This document shows positions 58,701-64,000 of a stretch of 64,000 bases of DNA, piece after piece. The stretch lies in IMG/VR virus record IMGVR_UViG_3300024358_000010. The stretch is one strand, 5' to 3'. The notes beneath the pieces are model-generated. The model had not been told where the DNA came from. It made no database searches and saw nothing but the letters and a program-made list of their open reading frames with translations. The stretch is from a virus. Positions within the stretch are counted from its first letter, which is position 1. Every line of letters starts with the position of its first letter. The position numbers were made by a program, and so were the translations under genes.

Positions 58701-61700
58701 ACTCTAACAGGTTGGAAGCCGTCTTGTTGTCTGTTGCCAATCCCCACGTCAACGATATTGTGGTATCGGTTACGCTACCGGTGCTCAGCGAGAGCGGCGC
58801 AATTACCGGCGGAATGTTTTCATTAAGCGTGGACGTAGCCAAACCTGTATACGCAGTTCTGTTTCCAGCCCCGTCGCGTGCGATTACGTTAATATAATAC
58901 GGAGTTCCATCTGTTAAACCGGTAATTGTGTAGCCATTTGTCGCAGCTATACCCAATCCACTATAAGTACCAGATATAACTAATATCCCGTTTGCCAATA
59001 TATTTGACACGCTGCCGATATTGTTAGAAGTGGAGTAATAAAGATCATACTGTACGGTAGATGGGGAATGAATATCCGTTGCTTGACCCCACGAAACTTT
59101 GATACTGTTTGGCGTTCTGTTTACAAGAGTTAATAACGTGGAATTGTTCAGTATTGGTGGGTAAATATCACCCGGCGTAGTAAATGTAATTTTAGAATAC
59201 GCGGTTTTATTGCCCAAAGAGTCTTCTGCGACAATGTTTACAGAATACTGCGTACTCATTGCGGCGGTCGCATCTGGAAATTGAAATTCAGTTCCATCGG
59301 TGCCCATCACAACCCAGCGTCTTACATTGGTGATGCTTTCGATCTCTTGAACGGTCGACATCGAAGGGCTGCCAGGCGCAATGTATACGGAATATTTGAT
59401 ATTGCCTTGCGATGTCTGATTGTCCGTTGCGGCATTCCAACTTATCTTTACAGTGGGCGACATAGAAAGTGGAGAAGAAATGGAATTTGTTATTAAAGAT
59501 ATGTTTGAATTGCTTACCGAAGGAGCGGTGACATCAACTTGCGATCTGCCTGCTTTCGACACGTATGCGGCCTTATTACCCTCGGTGTCTCTTACGATAA
59601 CATTAAAGAAATAAAATTGACCGGGTACAGGCACGATTACGTCGTAAAAACCGCCGTTGGTAAATGTAGCCCAATCGCGTACCACAATACCGTTAGCTTC
59701 TGCATCCGCAACCGTAGATATGTTGTTTAGCGGAGAAATTACGATCTTGTATTGATTTTGTGAAAAGTGCGAAAAATTATCAAGAGCCAGTCCATGCTGA
59801 ATCGTGACAGCGCTATATCCATTAGGCGTTAACGTCAAAATTCCTGAGTTTCCTGGAACTGGAGCCGAAATATCTGACGAGTTTCTGCTGCTGACAGTTT
59901 GATATTTTGCCTTATTCCCACGGGAATCGCGCACAACAACAGTATAGTAACGCGTTAATGACGCGACTAGGCTGATATTTGCGGTCACCAAATCTTTAGT
60001 GAAAGGAATTTCAAATGCCGCGCTAGATCCAGGCGCAGAAATTGCATCTAACGAACCTAAATTAGATTCATCAGAACTATAGTATAAGGCATACTCTAGA
60101 TCAAGCGAGTTGGTTATGTCGTCTGTGGCTCGAGACCACGACATCGTAAAACCAAAAGATGTTACATTGGATTTTGTAATAAAACCACTTGCACCCGGCA
60201 CTGGTGGCACAGCGTCTTGCTGAGTTGTCTTTGAGAAAGACGAGTATAGTGTTTTATTGCCGGCTTCATCTTTTCCAATAAGAGCAAAATGATACGTAGT
60301 GCCGGAGTTTAAATTCGGCACGACGATATCAGAAGTGCTGGCTATATAATCTCTTGCTAAGATCCCGTACTGCTCAATGTAAGCTATACTAGTTGAGCTG
60401 GTGGGCACTCTATATAAGGCATATTGTATGTTTTGAGAAGAAGTGAGATCGTCCTGGGCGGCCGAGTAGGAAACAGTGATTGAATTGTAGTCTGCCGTAG
60501 CGGTTGGCTGAGAGCTGTAAGTTGGACCAGTTGTATCTGCGAGCGTACTAACAGAGGCAGACGTATATGCAAGCTTGTTTCCTGCGGCGTCCCTGGCGAT
60601 TACGTTATAGTATTTGGTGGAGTTTACAGATTTACCTGTAACGCTAAAAAACTGTGAAGCAGTGTCAGCACCAAAGAACTGAGCTATCGCTGTGCCATTT
60701 GATTCTGCGGCTGCAACAGTGCTAATGTTATTAGAACTAGATTCATAAACTAAATAATAGATGCTGGTTCTAGAAGAAAAGTCGTCAGAAGCAGAGTTCC
60801 AAGTTATTTTGTATCCAGTGAAAGAGTGCTCACTGAAAGACAGCGACGCGTTCGATACGGTTGGCGCGATATCATCAGCCTGCGTGGTTGCGCCAACTGG
60901 ATTATAAGCTACCTTATTGCCGGACGCATCCTTAGCTATAACGTTGTAGCCATACAAACTACCGGGGAGAAGAGAGGAATCTGTGTATGTCGCTATATTT
61001 GCTGTGTACGGCATCAATAGCGTACCCATTGATTCCGTTGTGGCAACGCTACCGGTGTAACCTGCCGTAAAAATTGGCACACTATAAACTGCATACTGAA
61101 TTAGCGGCTGCTGGGTGACGTTATCGCTTGCAAGCGGCCATGTAAGAGTTACACTAGTTTTTGTTGATGTGTAAGATATTGGGGCGCCGTCGGTAACAGG
61201 TATGGGCGGCGTCAAGTCGGCCAGGGTGGCGCTTGATATAGTGTCGTATTTAACTTTGTTGTTAGCTAAATCGCGACCGATAATTGTGAAATAGTATGTG
61301 GAGTTCAGAGCAAGATCGGATACGGTTGCTTCTATTACAGACGAGCTCACACCGGTCACAGTTTGCGAAAGAGTGCCATTTGCCTCAGCGAGTGCCAGAG
61401 TTGACATATTGTTAGAGGAAGAGTAGCGGATATCGTAGCGCATACTTGACGCAGACGAGATGTCGTCTACCGCAGCAGACCATCTTAAGGTGATAGAAGA
61501 GTATGTTTGATCTTTAGCGACAATAGAGGAGTCGGAAATCGTTGGAGAAATAAGATCAGACAGTCCAGAAACTTGGATTAAAGAAACAGCGCCAGCAGAG
61601 CTTGCGGTAAAATTAGGCAAAAAGACGCGCGCTGGTTTAGAAGAATACCCTAAAGAATAGTTAGCGCCATCTAATACTGTGTCGCTTCCAGTCCACTGAG

Positions 61701-62757
61701 CGCCATCGTAATCAAAAACGTTGTAATAAAAGTAATCTTTTGCTGTTCGACCGTAAGACGTATAGCTAGCAGAATATATTACTGCTACAGAGTTTGAATT
61801 TACAGACATCTTGACGTCGATTATGTTATAAAAATACACAGAAAGCGACGTCATGAAGGAATTGGAATCAAGAGACCAAACGCCAGCTGATAACTTATAA
61901 ACAACGAGCGGTTTGTTTAAGTTTGAACCATAATCCACGCTGGCCGCGACAGAGTATTCCGTGTCGTCTTTTCCAGCTGCACCGATTGCGAGTCGCTGGC
62001 CGTTTCCTGCCATAGATACAGAACTACCAAAGTAAGTTCCTGCATCGCACTCATCTGCTGTGATTTTCTTAACAAGCGAATTAGTGCTTAAATTATATAT
62101 ATAAACTGCACCAGTTCTTGTGGCGGATGGGTTGTCTTCGCCAACAGAACCAATTGCCAAAGTAGAACCGTCATTTGAAAGCGAAACATCGTATCCAAAA
62201 TAATCTTCCAAACCTTGGTTTGGGTTTGATATCGTGTTGGAGAGGGCCCAAGTGCTGCCAGATCTAGAATAAACAAGAACAGAGCCAGAATTGTCAACGC
62301 TCTGCGACTGATTGTTTGTGATAGTTGCGCCAGGAAAACCGACAGCCAACACGTTTCCGCTGTCGGAAAAAGATAAGGACTCGCCAAATCCGCGAATCGA
62401 ACTGGTGAACGTGGCTTGAAGCGTTAGGCTTCCGGTTGTGGCACTCGTCATGTTGAGGGCGTAAATTTTGATAGAATCTTGCGTTGCGCCCTCAAATTTT
62501 GCAGCCACTGTTGAGCCGTCTGGCGACATGGCAACCAAAACATCACCATCGGCTGCGGAGTTATCGCCAAGAACCGTGGCCACAAGTGAACTCTGCGTAG
62601 CGCTATCGCTTTCTCTAACGTATACGCGCATTCCGCTAAAAGATCCCAACACAAAACGTCTTCCGTCTGTCGAAACAGAAATCGATGTCGGTTGAGCGTT
62701 GGTTAGTAAAGAATCATTTAAAACGAGAGATGACGTTAAAGTATTAAACGAGGGCAT
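55714..62757 (-). CDS. giant virion surface/adhesin protein: N-terminal FG-GAP-like propeller + ~16 fibronectin type III repeats
   Basis: FG.S.S.S..G..LAVG blades; 16 copies of W..A.D...Y.VY.S...YYFNV...D..GNK..Y; AAGGA RBS at ATG 62757. Confidence 0.8.
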   Translation of the reverse strand: MPSFNTLTSSLVLNDSLLTNAQPTSISVSTDGRRFVLGSFSGMRVYVRESDSATQSSLVATVLGDNSAADGDVLVAMSPDGSTVAAKFEGATQDSIKIYALNMTSATTGSLTLQATFTSSIRGFGESLSFSDSGNVLAVGFPGATITNNQSQSVDNSGSVLVYSRSGSTWALSNTISNPNQGLEDYFGYDVSLSNDGSTLAIGSVGEDNPSATRTGAVYIYNLSTNSLVKKITADECDAGTYFGSSVSMAGNGQRLAIGAAGKDDTEYSVAASVDYGSNLNKPLVVYKLSAGVWSLDSNSFMTSLSVYFYNIIDVKMSVNSNSVAVIYSASYTSYGRTAKDYFYYNVFDYDGAQWTGSDTVLDGANYSLGYSSKPARVFLPNFTASSAGAVSLIQVSGLSDLISPTISDSSIVAKDQTYSSITLRWSAAVDDISSASSMRYDIRYSSSNNMSTLALAEANGTLSQTVTGVSSSVIEATVSDLALNSTYYFTIIGRDLANNKVKYDTISSATLADLTPPIPVTDGAPISYTSTKTSVTLTWPLASDNVTQQPLIQYAVYSVPIFTAGYTGSVATTESMGTLLMPYTANIATYTDSSLLPGSLYGYNVIAKDASGNKVAYNPVGATTQADDIAPTVSNASLSFSEHSFTGYKITWNSASDDFSSRTSIYYLVYESSSNNISTVAAAESNGTAIAQFFGADTASQFFSVTGKSVNSTKYYNVIARDAAGNKLAYTSASVSTLADTTGPTYSSQPTATADYNSITVSYSAAQDDLTSSQNIQYALYRVPTSSTSIAYIEQYGILARDYIASTSDIVVPNLNSGTTYHFALIGKDEAGNKTLYSSFSKTTQQDAVPPVPGASGFITKSNVTSFGFTMSWSRATDDITNSLDLEYALYYSSDESNLGSLDAISAPGSSAAFEIPFTKDLVTANISLVASLTRYYTVVVRDSRGNKAKYQTVSSRNSSDISAPVPGNSGILTLTPNGYSAVTIQHGLALDNFSHFSQNQYKIVISPLNNISTVADAEANGIVVRDWATFTNGGFYDVIVPVPGQFYFFNVIVRDTEGNKAAYVSKAGRSQVDVTAPSVSNSNISLITNSISSPLSMSPTVKISWNAATDNQTSQGNIKYSVYIAPGSPSMSTVQEIESITNVRRWVVMGTDGTEFQFPDATAAMSTQYSVNIVAEDSLGNKTAYSKITFTTPGDIYPPILNNSTLLTLVNRTPNSIKVSWGQATDIHSPSTVQYDLYYSTSNNIGSVSNILANGILVISGTYSGLGIAATNGYTITGLTDGTPYYINVIARDGAGNRTAYTGLATSTLNENIPPVIAPLSLSTGSVTDTTISLTWGLATDNKTASNLLEYAVYRSTSQMSQTVASVEAGTKILDWTVNTGSYTATELNRNTRYFFGVVVRDQAGNKSVYAPVNALTLNDTSAPVVPGVGNIEITHVGYNYINLNATVAVDNVTPIQNVIYRVYRSSSNNISTVAQMISNGTYVGNAVVVPWINPYTYELIYNSTRYVQFRDSNLPGNTGFYYNIMAVDAAGNRSGYASVFAKTSSQWVAPVVGNSGKINVVVAGSGSLNLSWSPASDESQAASSLEYAVYYATRKTNAFLKNEFPAMNNADNIEVHVQQGLVTQASPYTQGMTSFTITNLLPATEYMVNVVVRDATAAHTTYNAARVWTFNDTSAPTPGVSGALTTSYVNESSFVLGWNKASDDYSAQNRLRYEVRVSTQNNINTVDTFKNGIIAMPFTSDVNTATVAGLMPNTTYYANVMVMDVAGNKAVYQTTTVATSADVSGPLLPSNSSLTFSQIEKQQLRVSWVKATDKSTPQDEIQYAVYMSQLLTAVASVNQMESASVLVQDYLADVSYAIITDLEPGTQYFFNVVAKDEFGNKTAYTAGAVYTAADVTPPVPGANGAILTTGITQTSVSLSWSPASDDVDVNSDFEYRLYRSLSNNITTVAQAKTNGTFCALFVNGETSYTVTGLNPSSTYYFNLIVEDRSMNEAAYAPTYATTIIDTTVPSPGNSGILSASMVTADSCVLNWTKGSDNITSEGSLQYAVYMSYSNDMEDLPTTLSNGTQVKSFTKDISVVTIANLSPLTTYYFNVVLRDSFGNMSAYNAVSMTTLADTTGPTPGGGGAIIFNSVDKDSMIVTWNPAEDNTSTGSQIQYQLRMAMSNLGVAPDFSTVADTEANGTIVKAYSSATHALISNLVSNTTYYFNVIAKDAAGNKSVYVAAAQKTANSLVEIPTQSVEINQPVVIASNKDEIKTLPAVASHPTLSKPSNWKKVHMIYKSITSSKRVVVVITDFSQMSGEFITRDTEEFVIHKIIVEDENNNFVAVPASSILNSQSWSISVT

Positions 62758-62812
62758 ATAAAGATTCCTTTTCAGGAAGTAAGAGTTTAATTTAGATGCA
62801 AACCTAGGAAGG

Positions 62813-62836
62813 GGACCGGCCAATTAAGGCCGGTCC
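62813..62836 (-). terminator. stem-loop between fibre and FN3 genes
   Basis: GGACCGGCC-aattaa-GGCCGGTCC. Confidence 0.5.
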
Positions 62837-62890
62837 ATCGCTTAAACTGGCGCGGATGCTCTCTCACACATCCGCTAAAATAACTTTAAA

Positions 62891-64000
62891 TTAGCCTTGG
62901 TAACGATACATTACGCGAACAATGTCACCAATCATTAACTCTTCGTCGCCGTTCTGAGCAAGACTTCCAGCGAAGGTGATTCTGGTTACACCGCCAACCA
63001 CGGACAAGGTGTAATCGTCGCCAGCATGAGCAACTAGACGATCAACAGTGACCATGATAGACTTTTCGATTGCCATGTGGGCCAGATTAATGTAGCCATT
63101 AGATACGTCAGCGCTTGCGAGCACAAACTTCTCTTTTTCATGGACAACGGCGTTAATCGTGTCGATCTGATCTTGAAGAGCATTGTCAGCGGTTGTGCGC
63201 TCGGAAGCTTCATTGGCAACTTCGCTGTCGGTGTAATCTTTGGCGTCTTTGAGAGCTTTAGCAACCGAACCAGCAACGCTGTCTGCGCCCTCAAGGATAT
63301 CCAAACGAGCGTCAAGGGCGTTATCAGCAGATTCGCGAGCGGATACTTCTGCATCCAAGTTGTCTTGGAGAAGATCGTCGGCAGCGGCGCGCGTAGATGC
63401 TTCAGAGTTAATCGCGGCAATGCGAGCAGACTCTTCGGCATCGATGTTGCTTTGCAGTACACCTTCGGCAGCAAGAGCACGAGTTTCTTCAGCAGAAACT
63501 TCGGAATCAGTATAATCTTTAGCGTCTTTAAGAGCTTTAGCAACAGAACCAGCAACGCTGTCTGCACCTTCAAGCACGTCGAGACGGGCATCAAGGGCGT
63601 TATCAGCAGCTAGTCTAGTAGCAGCTTCAGTGTTAAGATCGGTTTGAAGCGCAGTGTCACCGGCGATGCGGGCAGCTTCTTCAGCAGAAACTTCGGAATC
63701 AGTATAATCTTTAGCGTCTTTAAGAGCTTTAGCAACCGAACCAACAACGCTATCTGCACCTTCGAGGACATCGAGACGGGCATCAAGAGCGGAGTCAGCG
63801 GATTCACGAGCAGACTGCTCGGCGTCAATGTTACCTTGGAGCACACCTTCGGCAGCCATAGCGCGAGATTCTTCGGCGTCAATGTTACCTTGGAGCACAC
63901 CTTCGGCAGCCATAGCGCGAGATTCTTCGGCAGAAACTTCAGCATCGGTGTAATCTTTAGCATCCTTAAGAGCTTTAGCAACCGAACCAACAACGCTATC
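62891..64000 (-). CDS. coiled-coil repeat fibre protein (5' end outside the window)
   Basis: Repeated ALDARLDVLEGADSVAGSVAKALKDAKDYTDSEV and E..R.AA heptads; small C-terminal beta domain. Confidence 0.75.
   Translation of the reverse strand, partial: DSVVGSVAKALKDAKDYTDAEVSAEESRAMAAEGVLQGNIDAEESRAMAAEGVLQGNIDAEQSARESADSALDARLDVLEGADSVVGSVAKALKDAKDYTDSEVSAEEAARIAGDTALQTDLNTEAATRLAADNALDARLDVLEGADSVAGSVAKALKDAKDYTDSEVSAEETRALAAEGVLQSNIDAEESARIAAINSEASTRAAADDLLQDNLDAEVSARESADNALDARLDILEGADSVAGSVAKALKDAKDYTDSEVANEASERTTADNALQDQIDTINAVVHEKEKFVLASADVSNGYINLAHMAIEKSIMVTVDRLVAHAGDDYTLSVVGGVTRITFAGSLAQNGDEELMIGDIVRVMYRYQG
63819..63931 (-). repeat. 54-bp in-frame tandem duplication
   Basis: EESRAMAAEGVLQGNIDA encoded twice with identical DNA. 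Confidence 0.85.

Noticed and set aside
1-64000. Stop-codon reassignment, introns/inteins, tRNA genes
   Set aside because: Conserved genes are full length in the standard code with TAA, TAG and TGA stops; NrdA and ligase have no large insertions; no cloverleaf with a GTTCRA T-loop was recognised by eye.

Overview
This is a 64-kb segment of a large lytic dsDNA bacteriophage using the standard genetic code. I found no tRNA, CRISPR array or integrase. Layout: (i) 1-1.6 kb, minus-strand Nudix and head/neck-like genes, then a GH24 lysozyme and an HNH gene; (ii) about 3.5-3.8 kb, a G-tract patch followed by a 123-bp almost pure A/T block; (iii) 3.8-10 kb, an 'early-like' array of small plus-strand gene cassettes, many followed by a conserved hairpin and preceded by a conserved TCCGAAWC motif; (iv) 10-54 kb, mostly plus-strand accessory, nucleotide-metabolism, proteostasis and envelope genes (DOPA-dioxygenase-like, PhoH, NrdA/B, DNA ligase, two AAA ATPases, two ClpP-like proteins, two lytic transglycosylases, ThyX plus a degenerate ThyX, a T4-gp42-like dCMP hydroxymethylase-type enzyme, dCMP deaminase, UDG-like, PDF, metallopeptidase-vWA); (v) 54.9-64 kb, minus-strand virion genes including a ~2350-aa propeller + 16xFN3 protein and a coiled-coil fibre. 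The best candidate for a new system is a regulatory module: seven intergenic hairpins with covarying stems and a UCANGGAY core (six match the full CsrA/RsmA site CANGGANG) placed just after early stop codons, suggesting a distributed phage CsrA sponge. It co-occurs with a -10-only, sigma28-like promoter motif, two sigma-region-2-only proteins and a shared C-terminal docking-like peptide. All annotations come from motif recognition by eye; no searches were run.
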